Part shown: piece after piece, positions 11,779-23,480 of the stretch
Position numbering within the stretch: the stretch's first letter is position 1
Layout: every line of letters begins with the position of its first letter
Assembly (NCBI GenBank): GCA_903813345.2
Contig: CAIIXF020000001.1
Coordinates: 2,976,001 to 3,040,000, forward strand
Source: Owenia fusiformis
Lineage: Eukaryota
Direction of reading: 5' to 3'
DNA length: 64,000 bases
Program-made: the position numbers and the translations under genes
Notes under the pieces: generated by a model
The model's database searches: none
What the model saw: the letters and a program-made list of their open reading frames with translations, nothing else
What the model was told of the DNA's origin: nothing

Positions 11779-14291
11779 ATGATTCCTCGGGTTATATCTA
11801 CAGTTTGGGATAAATTCATAATATTAATCGTACTATCAATCGTTTTGGCGATGCTTTCATTTTCATATACATCATCCTTATTCGATATACACTATATATC
11901 TCGACGCTTCTCGATACGAAATGTGACTAGTAGTGAACAGGTATCTACAACAGAAACCTGTGGAAAAGTGAGGTTCTCAGAATGGCCGTTACCCCTGACG
12001 GCGCTTGCGAGTTATCCCGGCTCTGGCAACACATGGACGCGGTATATACTCCAGCAGGCAACAGGTATGTCGAATCTTGCAAAACATAGGGGCAATATAT
12101 TTGTCAAAATGTTGGAATATGGCGCTTACTTGCTGTATTGATCGAAAGGTGACTGTTGCAACTGATATTTGCTGACTGAAAAAAGGTCCGGTCACAACGC
12201 CCTCTCGCGGTAGAATTAAGGATACAAAAGTATATAAGCATTATTATATCCAAGGTCAAGGTCACATTTCAAGAAAAAAATTAGTTTGTGTGTTCATATC
12301 GATCGACTCACTAATTTATAGGAAACTTGTTACACGTTTTCATTATTTTACTTTGAAATTTATTAACCAAATCGAAACAATATTTACATAATATACTGTA
12401 TGGTAGTAACAGATAAACAGGACAAATTGATTATAGATTTTATAACTCCTAAGTTTCCATATTTCAAACTTGTGTCTTAGGGCAAGTTTACAAATTTCAT
12501 GAATTCTTCTATTCTACCGCATCATGCGCCATGTGTATTGAGATCAACGACGCTATTGTGCTTTCAACCGAACTGTTTACCATGACCATGCAATGTATAT
12601 TGAAAATATTGCTTATTATTTCTTTAAAACTGATTTCTAACTGGTTAATACAATATGTTTCCCACCATCTCTCAAAAGGGTTTGTTTGATATGTCGTACC
12701 CATTAAAAACTAACACGTTTTATAATGTCCATATGTTTTGTATCCTCCAACACATATTCAATTTACTATAACAATCATTTAAACACTACATTGGATCAGT
12801 CTAATTTCTGAAAATAATTGTTTGAAATAATTTACGTGCATTGATTAAATCTTAATGTTTGGAGGATACAAAATATTGGACAGAAGAACCTAAATCTAAA
12901 TGACTTTGAAATAGCGCACATCAAATGTACCTGGTATCAACCTGGTAAAACAACTGATTTTGAAAATATTAATTATCGTAAAATTGCCCCTAAACACTAG
13001 CTGCTTTCTATTGTATTTATTCTCAAAGTCTCCTCCATTGTTGTAAAATAAAAAATTTGTTCGGAAAAAATTTAATTTTGAGCATTAACATATTCTTTGC
13101 ATTTGTTTTACAATTGACAAATAAATAACTTTCTACTTCAATATTACATAATTTACTACACTTTGTCATCAGTGTGTTCAAGTTAAGCCGATGAGAGATG
13201 AGTTGTAGTTTACTGTAATTTACTGAGGTCTACATATATATCTTATATCAGTTCATCTTACACATTCGCATAAATCAATAACATTGTTTTCAAAGTAATT
13301 GTTTTTTTCTATAATGGAGATATACTTTTTGTTCTTGAAGGCATCTACACTGGGTCGGTTTACAGCAATGACGATGAGCTGAGACTTAACGGCTTTCCCG
13401 GAGAGGGAGTTACAAACGGGTCTGTTCTGGTAATTAAGACACATCGTGCTCTTTTATCACATAGAAAGTACGACAGGATAGTGATGATCATCAGAAGTCC
13501 ATTCCAAGCGTATTTGACTGACTTTAACAGACGCAGGGGTCATGGGCATACCGCTATTGTGGAATTGACAGAAGGTTATTGTGACCAGCTTGTTTTGCAT
13601 GTCTATATCTGGTTTTGCACTTGAATAGTTTTTATGATGTCGTAAAATATCATTCAATTAATTGATTTAATGTGCATGTTGGCACTAAACGTTATATCTA
13701 TTAGTGTATCTGTTTATTGACGTAAGGTTATTAGGTGAGGTGCGAGAATAGTGTTTGTTAATATAGAGCTATTTTCATAAACTAGTGTAACTGATATCGA
13801 TCAGTAAAACTAAGAGTTCAAAGGTAACCAAGATGAAGACCTAAAATACTTACAACAGAGCATCCGAAAAGTCATATTAAAATTGAGATTAAATTGAAAT
13901 ATGATATAATTTCTCATGTTTAGGATGGTCTGGGTATGTGCGGCGACAACTTGATACTTGGCGTGCGTTTTACGTCAACTGGATGTCTTACGCTAGGGTA
14001 CCTTTTCACATGATCTTCTACGAGAAACTACGAGAAAATGTGAGATCAGAATTAACCTCACTTTTAGATTTCCTTGAATTTCCAATACACGAGGATAGAA
14101 TTGAATGTCTCATGGAAAGGACAGAAGGAAATTTTAAACGACAAAGTGTGAATAGTGATCGTAGAGACATCTATTCATCAAATGTAACTAAGATTTTACG
14201 TGAACACGTTGCAGAAGTCTGTAAGCAATACACAGAGAAGTATCCTAATAGACACAAACTCGGTGATTGTATTTCTTGGTTATCATTATGA
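11779..14291 (+). CDS. WSCD-family sulfotransferase (no WSC domains), 3 coding exons
   Basis: Exons 11779-12064, 13341-13574, 13924-14291, both introns phase 1. N-terminal TM; [60 protein letters not shown], RIECL...EGNFKR all match the WSCD1/2 sulfotransferase domain. Confidence 0.9.
12480..12990. mobile_element. MITE, PIF/Harbinger-like, in WSCD-like intron 1
   Basis: tta|gggcaagtttac ... gtaaaattgcccc|taa termini. An internal inverted segment (tttgtatcctccaa / ttggaggatacaaa) has related sequence near 22570-22850. Confidence 0.5.
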
Positions 14292-14694
14292 ACATCTGAT
14301 AAAACAATGAAATTACATTACCAGTTTGTTCACATCCGATTTAGTTACATTTTGATGTTATATTGATGTCATCTTCAACTGTAGCTTCTAAATGAGCTTT
14401 ATCGCCCGCTTTATCGTAGATGTTAACATTATTTGATAAATTAATACTTTTGATATTCTCATTTTCAATCGAAATTATTCTTTAAATCGATATACAGTAG
14501 CTCATTAGTTAGATAGGTTCAGTCAACGCCCCTTTTAACAATTATTGGTTTAATTAATTATTGAAGATTTGGACAATTGTTCTAGGAAAATAGGTTGAAC
14601 AGATGTGACATAAATTCCAATAACTATTTACGGACTTGTGAGTAGCATTCGAAAATGCATTTTTATATGTCTAGTCAAAAACAATTTGTGCATT

Positions 14695-16158
14695 ATGTCT
14701 CGTAAAATAAAACAACTTGTTGCGATTGGAGCTGTTATCTGGTGGCCATTTGTATTCGTATTATATTATGCGTCTTTTAGTATCGTGCATGAAGAAAGTA
14801 CACCCAAGGACATTGCTCGTACATGTGGCCCAACAGTAATACCTAATGTGAGAACTGAAACCTTCGAGGAACTTGTTAAAGACACGTTCTTTGCCTTTTC
14901 GGCATTTCGGGACATGCGCATTGTTGACGATAGCAGGAATATGAAACAGTTGATTGACGCGCATGCGCAGTTCGCCGACTCAGAAGGTCAAGTCGGAGTT
15001 GTACGACTTATTGGAGTAGCTTCACGGGATATACCTGATTTGTATTGCAGACTTTCCGATAAAAGCGGAAATGGATATAGCGTTCCTGCAAGACATCACG
15101 CTATGAGCAGAGTGTTAGTTGAGACGATGTATAGAGAATGTACCTATTTTCCATATTTCGTTGACTGTCCACTTTATGAATCACACAAAGACCACGTGGT
15201 AGATGTAGTTGGCATAACTGATAAGATGTGTGGAGAGGTCGACACGTGGTTACCCGTCACTCAAACGTTCTTTGACAATATGCCCGACACTTCCCATAGT
15301 GTCATCATTTGTATGAAAACTCTTTTTGGACTGATAAATCCATCGCGATTAATTGAGTTTCTAGAATTCAGTAAAATATTAGGCGTCGAGAAAGTAGTTA
15401 TCTATGGAGTTTATGATATTGGGCTCGATGTCCGTGATGTATTAGATGGATACATAAAAGAAGGGTTCATCACAATCATAGACTGGAGACTTCCATTCGA
15501 CCCCAATCTTACACACTTCTTTGGTGAAAAAGCAGCTATTAATGATTGTTTATACAGGTACGGCCCACAGTACAAGTATATGTTATTTTCCGATTTTGAC
15601 GAGTATTTCATTCCAAGATCCCACAATACTTTGTATGAACTATTTGAATCGATCGAAGACACCTTTCAAAATCCGTACCATCCAATTGGTGCATTTAGGT
15701 TCCTTCAGACTCGATTTTGCATTGATTCCCCAGAGCCTTCCAACGATAACACTCACCTTGTCACAATGAGCAACACAATGCGTGATGATCCTAGCATCAT
15801 AGCTGCAAAATGTGTCGTAATCCCTAAAAACGTTGTTGAGATGGACGTCCACACACCAAGACAACAAGTGTCCATCAACCACAAACGTCAGATTGTCCCC
15901 GTAGACATGGCACAGATGCATCACTATAGATACCGTGATAAGGAGGAGGAGTACTGCAAGACTGATGATAAAGGTGTGATGCGATTTAACAAAGCACTAA
16001 AGCAGAAGTACAAAGAAGCATCTGATAGGTTCAAGGCCCATACATGGCCCGATAAATTATTTGCTAAGGCATTTCGACCTGTATGTAAACAGCCTGTTGA
16101 GAATATGACGGGCTCTACTGACGATTACTTTTCACGTCTGAATGGGGCAAAAAATTAA
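14695..16158 (+). CDS. Intronless glycosyltransferase family 92 (DUF23; galt-1-like) type II membrane protein
   Basis: ATG at 14695 followed by a TM segment. Motifs ICMKTLFG, LIEFLEFSKILGVEKVVIY, AAINDCLYRY, YMLFSDFDEYFIPR (DxD), KCVVIP..V..MDVH and MHHYR are GT92 signatures. Confidence 0.9.
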   Translation: MSRKIKQLVAIGAVIWWPFVFVLYYASFSIVHEESTPKDIARTCGPTVIPNVRTETFEELVKDTFFAFSAFRDMRIVDDSRNMKQLIDAHAQFADSEGQVGVVRLIGVASRDIPDLYCRLSDKSGNGYSVPARHHAMSRVLVETMYRECTYFPYFVDCPLYESHKDHVVDVVGITDKMCGEVDTWLPVTQTFFDNMPDTSHSVIICMKTLFGLINPSRLIEFLEFSKILGVEKVVIYGVYDIGLDVRDVLDGYIKEGFITIIDWRLPFDPNLTHFFGEKAAINDCLYRYGPQYKYMLFSDFDEYFIPRSHNTLYELFESIEDTFQNPYHPIGAFRFLQTRFCIDSPEPSNDNTHLVTMSNTMRDDPSIIAAKCVVIPKNVVEMDVHTPRQQVSINHKRQIVPVDMAQMHHYRYRDKEEEYCKTDDKGVMRFNKALKQKYKEASDRFKAHTWPDKLFAKAFRPVCKQPVENMTGSTDDYFSRLNGAKN

Positions 16159-17829
16159 GTTCTTAAAGATGAGAGATTTCCTCTCGCCCATTTTGCCTCA
16201 ACTAGGTGTTGAAAACAAACAATTTGAAGACGCTGGCGAAGATTCTCTTACCGACTGACGCTCGCCCGTTTTAAGACGCTGAGTTCAAAACAGAAAGATC
16301 TTTCCTAGGTACCCTCAAAGAACCAGTACCCTAGTTCTAGACACTATCGTTACAAATGAATTGTTTTCACAAAACACACGAATTTGTTAATTCATTATAG
16401 TTTTAACATTAGGTAACTAATCAACATTACAACCATGTTTTGCGATACCATACACACGGAGATATTATTTATTTTGTAATCCGTTGATACAAGCGATGGA
16501 ACGCGATCGTTAGCAGGCAGAAACATGGAATTGATGCAACGTTGATGATATTAGTTCTCGCGTCACTGTGGCTGTAAAAGACATGTATGATGAGCAATTT
16601 AATTTGTATTTGCCAAAAGCCATATATAAGTTAAATTAAATGCAATATAAATGTGATAGTTAATTACAGTAATGTACAGAAAATCGACTCTATGACAAGA
16701 GTGTTCTTCCTTCCAGGTATGGCGTCAAATTATAACTCATTTACTGATCAACTGATCTGATTTTCTGTTCTCATCATATCACATCTGAGTGACAAAACAT
16801 TGAATGTATATTACTAATGATAATATCATCCTCTATGCTTCCGTTCAATTCGAAATGATCACAATTTATGACATACTTTGTAATCACTAATATATGAGCG
16901 ACACGAAATGGCTTCAGTTGCCAAAACATTAAGTTCCAATGAAGTTTAATTTAGATATTTTATTAATTTTTTAACAGACGTAAGATTTTAGGCTTCTTAT
17001 GGGCAATCTTCACTGATTTCTATCAATATTTTTTCTAGGTCACCTCGTTTTTCGTGTTATTGCGCTGAAGATTTCTAATATCCAATAGTGTTGGCCGTAG
17101 CCAGGCACGAGGCTGGAGAGGCAACTACCCCGGCCATCAAAATGTTTACTGCCTCGTTAAGAATTCTTACTAAAACTGAAAATAAAGTCCACGGTAGTAC
17201 CAACTACACCACTAAGATATAAACAAAAGTTCCCCGAATTTGAAATACAAAAAAACTCATGTAGTTCCCTAATCTGATACCCAACTTCCAAATATTGAAT
17301 TGTCTTTCGCTGGCCAAAAACGCCACAACTTTTTTATTATACCAAATTTTGATGTCACACAGTGCAAGTGGTTCTGGTCATAAAATAAGTCCTCCTTCTT
17401 TGATTGTATCTGTTCTAAAAAAGATGTATTCAATTTTTCTGCCGTGCACTCTTTGATGGTAGCGTTTAGTTTTCGTCGCCATGTCGAAATGGTGGCATCA
17501 ATGAAATGTTTGCTTAGTTTCAAGCAACTTCCCGAATTACCAGTTGTGGTGATTGTATAATATGTACATCTATTGAAGACCGATGCATAACGATGCATAC
17601 GTTAATACAGAGGATTGCATTAGGACTATTAGCGGGCCGAGTTCAGGGACAAATTCTCGAACAATATGATGGTATTGGCTGCCCCATGGGCAGATGGTTA
17701 CTATCCTGTTAAAAGATTGTTGAGCGTTTATGATAATGATACACTTCAAGTTTTACTTGAGAGTTAGTTTAATATTGTGTAATGGAGTTTTTCACAAATA
17801 CTAAAGCAAGGCTGCTTGGCGTTGGCCTG

Positions 17830-18340
17830 TTAATTTCTACGGTGACCGTGGAAATAACAAGTTATAACATCTACGGCGACCCTGTGGCTTGTAAAAACTG
17901 GATACGCCCTAAGGAGACCGTACGGCGACTGTACATTTTCGACAGTTGCCGTAGATTACCGATTTTACCGATGTACGGTCGCCGTAGAGCAAATGTGACT
18001 GAGGTTATACTACGATCACCGTATAAGTTAAACATGTCATAGCCGAACCGTAGAAAGGTTCCACGTACCTGTATGTCGGGCGCATGGTCGACTTGCGGCT
18101 ACCCTAGGATTTTATCGGTTACAATTTACCTTTGCAAACCGCAATTACTACCGTAGGATCACTGCTGGGGACCCTTGCTGCCACCTTACGTCTACATAGA
18201 TATTTGTCAAAAAATTAACCCCGTTGTGGGGACGTCCTATGATGACCGTGTGTTATTATTTCAAAGACCCTACGACAACCGTAGTTTTTCTGCCTCCATA
18301 AAATCAAAATAAGCCGTTCAACTACCGTAGCTGATATGAC
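17830..18340. repeat. Degenerate CCGTAG/CTACGG-rich MITE-like sequence; a related copy lies at about 22940-23833
   Basis: Many ccgtag/ctacgg motifs. Shared ggtcgccgt...aaatgtgactg end at about 17977-18006 and 23803-23833. Confidence 0.5.
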
Positions 18341-18916
18341 TGCTAAATTATCTAATGACAAAAGTTTCCTGATAGTCGTAGAATTTCTAATAAAGGTGAA
18401 GACATGAACGAAATATAGGCTAAATAAGCAGTTTCATCAAACTAATTTTCACGTCTATGTTCTCGATGTTTTGCTGAATGGACTTTTATGAACGAACTAG
18501 CATCGTCATATCACCGAACACCACCCCTTTTACGAAGGTGTGGAGAAAGACGAAATAATACTACAAACCTATTATGTTCGAGTTCTGGAGATTCTGAATT
18601 TACGGTCTTTTAAAATTCAGTTAAAATAATGTATTGTTACGGGTTGCCATGGAACTAACCATATGTCGTACTGAACTTAATACGTCAATAAAATCATTCG
18701 TAGAATGTTAAAGTTCAAAATCAAATGAATTTGATTCTAGGTCAAAGGATAGGCATCGATATGGTGAACTGAATTAAACAATGTTTTTCTCTTCAACCAA
18801 TTATTGAAAACATTCTGTAAAAAACACGGTCCTTTATGTAATGTTGACTGATTGGCAACTATTTAATGCGAAAATTATTTATATACATGTATGTCTAATA
18901 TAACTTTTTTTGTTAA

Positions 18917-19748
18917 AGGCCCCATGTAAAGTTTAAACCACTTTGGCTTATATTGTAGTCTTACCCAATGTTATCAAAGTGTGATATGTGAAACTTTTTT
19001 TTTTAATTTCAAAAAGTGGTTTTTGATAGACTTTTTGTTCCAAAATTTGTGAATTTATTTGAACCAACTTTTAGAGGTCACTCATATCTTCTAATTAGCC
19101 ACAATTCATACCAATGCATAGCATTCATCCTCCCATGTTTTTTGCCGAAAATATTAAGAAAATCGGTTGATAAACAAGCGAGAAATGAACTTATCAGTGC
19201 ATGAAAATGATTCTGAGAAAAATGCAGTTCAAAATTTTAGTTCTGATAGAAACCAATGGTACAATGCTATCTAAAACATAATTTATTCTTCCTTTTAACC
19301 TGGTTAGACAATCAACATTGTTTTTTTATGAAAGTCTAGTAGATTTAGAAAAGATTGACATCGAAAAAAAAAATTCAATTTTTTTCAAAACATTTTTGTT
19401 ACCTTAGTGACATCACTAATGTTTCAAAATATTTTTGATAAGCTAAAACATTGAAGTGGCCCATTAAATATGACATTTTATTATTGAAATAGTGTGTCTT
19501 TTGTTCAATCTTTGCATTGGTGTTTAAAAGATAATCTTTTTTGAAATGCATTAAGAAATATTTGATGATTAAGAAATTTCAACTTTTTTTGAAAAATGGT
19601 GGGAAATTTGAATATTTGAGAAATGAAATGCTCACAACTTTTTTTTCAAAAAAATTTTTTTGTTCAAAAATCTCTAAAATCACTTTTTAAGTCCTGACAA
19701 ATAGTAAATGAATGATAAAAAAATATTTTCAAACTTTAAACGGGGACT
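18917..19748. mobile_element. MITE with TTAA TSD and AG termini (Kolobok-like)
   Basis: ttaa|aggccccatgtaaagtttaaa ... tttcaaactttaaacggggact|ttaa, with degenerate longer inverted arms. Confidence 0.7.
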
Positions 19749-20559
19749 TTAACATTTTTTGTTTTTTAGCGCAATTGTTTTTGTTCCTTTCTACCAATTC
19801 TTGAGAATGAAATAAAATGTCTTTCCGAACCTTGTTGGAACAAAATAGCAAATGCAACATTTTCTTAGACCTCTCAATATTATAGTTATACAAAGGAAAT
19901 TTTGGTTGATTTAACAAAACGTATGCAAAAACTTAAAAAAACAAAATAGATGAAAATTATGATAAACCTTTTATTTCATTAACAAGTTACTTTTTTAAAA
20001 TCAACCAAACTTTCCTTTGTACAATTTCAATATTGAGAGACATAAACACGTTATGTTTATGTCGTTTTGTTCCAATGTCGAGGTTCGGATAGATGTTTCA
20101 TTCCGAATAGAACATATGATACCAAGAACGAAAGAAGTATCTGATGTGTTTTCTAAAACAATATAGAGAAAAGTATATACCATATATAACTCAAATTATA
20201 ATGTTACCATCCAAAAGGTGACCATTAAATTGACGATGTGTAAGATTTTCAGAATGTTTTGATGACTGATTTAAGAGAAACGCGTGTTTAAAAAGTAAAT
20301 TAAATTGAAATTAAAAAAATGATATAAGATATCAGATAAAAAAGGGGAACATCCATACAGGATTGTTTTATCACGTTTAAACATTTTAAGTCATGCGAAA
20401 TGGTACGAACGAAAAAACATCAGGCGAATTAAATAAAGTTGGAACCCTTGGGTAATGGACAGATATGCCAAGGAGTGCTCGGAGCAGACAATATGTAAAA
20501 TAAAAACACCGAGATCTTTATTCCAACTCTTCCTTTAATACTATAAGTTATTGAATAAT

Positions 20560-20673
20560 TTGAAGTGCAATACTGGATGTATTCTGCTCGAGAAATTCTG
20601 TATTGGAACGAGACGAAGTCGAGCGCCAATACAGAATATCGAGAGCAGTATATATCCCGTATTGCACTTCAAA
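20560..20673. repeat. Long imperfect hairpin (palindromic element family)
   Basis: ttgaagtgcaatac...ctgtattgg [aacgagacgaagtcgagcg] ccaatacag...gtattgcacttcaa. Confidence 0.85.
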
Positions 20674-21234
20674 GCATTACGAGTTGTTACGAGTTGTCGA
20701 ATGGATTTCTTTTGTTCCCCGCTTAGAAAACAGTCTTTCAAACAAATATGGGGGTTAACATGTAAACCTATGAGGTCCTTAACTTTTTTTGAGGAGTATA
20801 TATATGTTCTCGTACAACTTCTCTTAATCTATTAAGCGTGTAAGCCTTTCTATTATATAGAGCGTTTATGACCCGTGAACCACCGTCCCTGGTATAAGAT
20901 ATAAAATAGGAGCTAGTGATATGCGTGTGCGTTTAACAGAAAAAACTATTTTTTACAAATAGTTGTATTATTCATTATTATAACATACCTATGATGATGT
21001 ATAGTGCAAAGTGTACACAAGACAGCGGGCCAATATAAGTTTTGAAAAGCCCGCGCCCGCTAACTTTCTGATTGGTCAAGGCACTGACGTCATAACCAAT
21101 CAATCGAAGATAAAACTGCGCGAGCAATTTTTCTAAACTCATTTCAATCATTTTCAAACCATTTGTTTGTCAATTCTATAAGAAAATGGTGCTCTCTGAC
21201 CAGTCTACATCATCATAGATATGTTATAAATCGT

Positions 21235-21348
21235 TTATGTCACTATCGTGGCACATATGCCCTCGGTTCTCAGAGATCAATGTCCCTCCCAAGGTCGGGC
21301 CATATATCACTGAGACCTCGGGCATATATGCCACGATAGTGACATAAC
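21235..21348. repeat. Long imperfect hairpin; a related copy lies at 36896-37007
   Basis: ttatgtcactatcgtggca...cccaaggtcggg...tgccacgatagtgacataa. The second copy reads gttatgtcactatgacgtgaaatatgcct...ccgaccttggg...aggcatatttcacgtcatagtgacataac. Confidence 0.85.
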
Positions 21349-23102
21349 CTCTAATTATTATATACCCAATATGTAACACTAATCCTGATTGGTCAATACC
21401 TAGTCACGTGTTCCGAAATAGATTTACTATTTCCCTCGGAAAGTTATATTCCCTCAAATGTGACGTCAGCGGGAATATACATTTGAACTATTGCCCGCTG
21501 ACGTCACGATTGCAACTTCTATTACCCTTGGAAACGTCTGCGCATCATCACTGCGCAGACGGCGCAGACGAAAAACAGAAAAATGGAGGATGAGCACAAA
21601 CACAAATCAACTCCGTTCACCATGACAGACGTGCGTGAACGATACAATATAAGCAAGGTGGATAAAGTTCCCTAAACTCAATACGTCTGTGTAATTTCAA
21701 GTGTTATGATAATCTATTCCGCGTGTTAAACGCGATTGAATTTGTCAAGTGAGAGTCTCAGAGGCAAACATTTCTGTTGAGCATCTGATGACGTCACAGC
21801 TTGTAATGCTAACAATGGACCCGAGGAGGGGGCTTTCTAAGCCTTTTTGGCCTCCGCAGAGGAAACGGGACAAGAGTCAGTATAGGGTATATAGTCACTA
21901 TTTGTATACTATTAATTAACCCACAGTTTTATAGGTTATGAATCAATAGTTCATGTATCGTACTACGCTCTTCCAATTTCCAGAAAATTATTATATGGAT
22001 CAGAATGAAATATATGTCAGGAATCGCGGTCTACTTTAGACAATTTGTGTTTATGTTAATGCTGTTTATGTTTCTTTATTTTCACCCATATTAAGTAGAG
22101 CATCAAAGGAAACAATCAAAGAGTGTAAAGTACAGAAATGAATAAACGCATTTACAAAAATATTACTACGTGTTTTAAAAATAAAAGTACCTAAAGCATA
22201 AATCTTAACCGGATTCTTGTATGTTGTATTTTCGAAGAACCTCATTATGTCATATAGGGGCAAAATTACGATAATTGGTATTGTCAAATATTTTCAATTT
22301 CTGATATTCTACCAAAGCCTGTGCCATGTGTATTTAATAATGTCAACGACATTTAATTTGTGTCAACACAACTGGTTACTATGACCATATGTTATACACT
22401 GAAAATGTTGCTTATTATTTCTTAATAACAGCTTTATTGATGATTTTTTAGACAAAAATTTAATAAATGTATCACGTGCTTCGATTACCAATTTGTTAAT
22501 AAAGTATGTTTGCAACCAGCTCTCAAAAGAGGATTGTTTTATATTTCATACTCATGAAACAGAATACGTTTTATTATGTCCATATGACTTGTATCCTCCA
22601 ACACACTGGTTAAAGTAACGTTGTTGATATGTCGTTGATGCATAATTTGTTGAAAACTTCGCCAGAAAGTGCCCTTAGGGGCTAGCTTTTAATTTTTTTT
22701 AAATGTTTTGCTGTTCAATTTTTTGTACACGTATCTTTCAAACATGATTAAGATTTCAGCTTTGCACAAATACGATTTCAAATAATTATTTTGAGAAATG
22801 AAAATAACCCAATGTAGTATTTCGATGATTGTAAAGCAACGGAATCTAGTACTGCCATCTTTTATTCAGCTTTTAATTTGGGCTAGAGTTCCATTCACTT
22901 ACATGCTAAAATCTTGGAAAAGTGGAAAATTTCATGCAGGGTTGCCGTAGAAATTATAACTCCGAGTTATACTAGTTGTTCATTTCTGCCGTCCCCGTAG
23001 AAATCAACAGGCCATTGCCAGACCGCAGAAAGGTCCAACGGTTGCCGCACGTCGGGCTTACGGTTGACTTGCGTCTGCTGTAGACATTGATGGGTAGTGA
23101 AC

Positions 23103-23480
23103 AGGGGGGGAGATTTCCCAAAGATGCCCTATCATATTAGCACGTTCGAAAACAAATTTTATAAACAGGCCTCAATTTGCCGTTGAAATGGATCTCCAAA
23201 TGTTCACTGTAGTTTTATGAGTATTCTCTACAAGTATGGATCGAGTAACTATAATAGTATTACCGTAGGTTTGAAATGATGATGTTGAACTGATGTTAAC
23301 GCCATTCCCACGATTTCAAATTTAACTCTGCGCATGCGCAGCACTGAGAGAGCACGTGCTCATGATTGTTCACGTGATCGAATCCTGCAATTTGATTGGA
23401 GATGATGCAAGAGATGATGTAATGGGGAATCCCCGAATACGATAGAATATGAAAGAATTGTGGGAGCTACTCACTCCTCC
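23103..23480 (-). mobile_element. About 380-bp interspersed repeat without TIRs, flanked by a 12-bp direct repeat; second copy at 30921-31268 in opposite orientation
   Basis: tgggtagtgaac at 23091-23102 and 23481-23492. The body is the reverse complement of 30921-31268 (gtgagtagctcccacaattctttcata...gggaaatcccccc). Confidence 0.8.

Noticed and set aside
14638-14694. GT92 start at the ORF-track GTG, or a 37-bp UTR intron
   Set aside because: The ATG at 14695 directly precedes the TM anchor; the putative intron is very short and unsupported.
3704-15924. Short antisense ORFs overlapping the glyco-enzyme genes
   Set aside because: Shadow ORFs of real coding sequence with no motifs.
17269-18042. 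109-aa and 86-aa ORFs
   Set aside because: No recognisable homology; they lie within degenerate repeat sequence.
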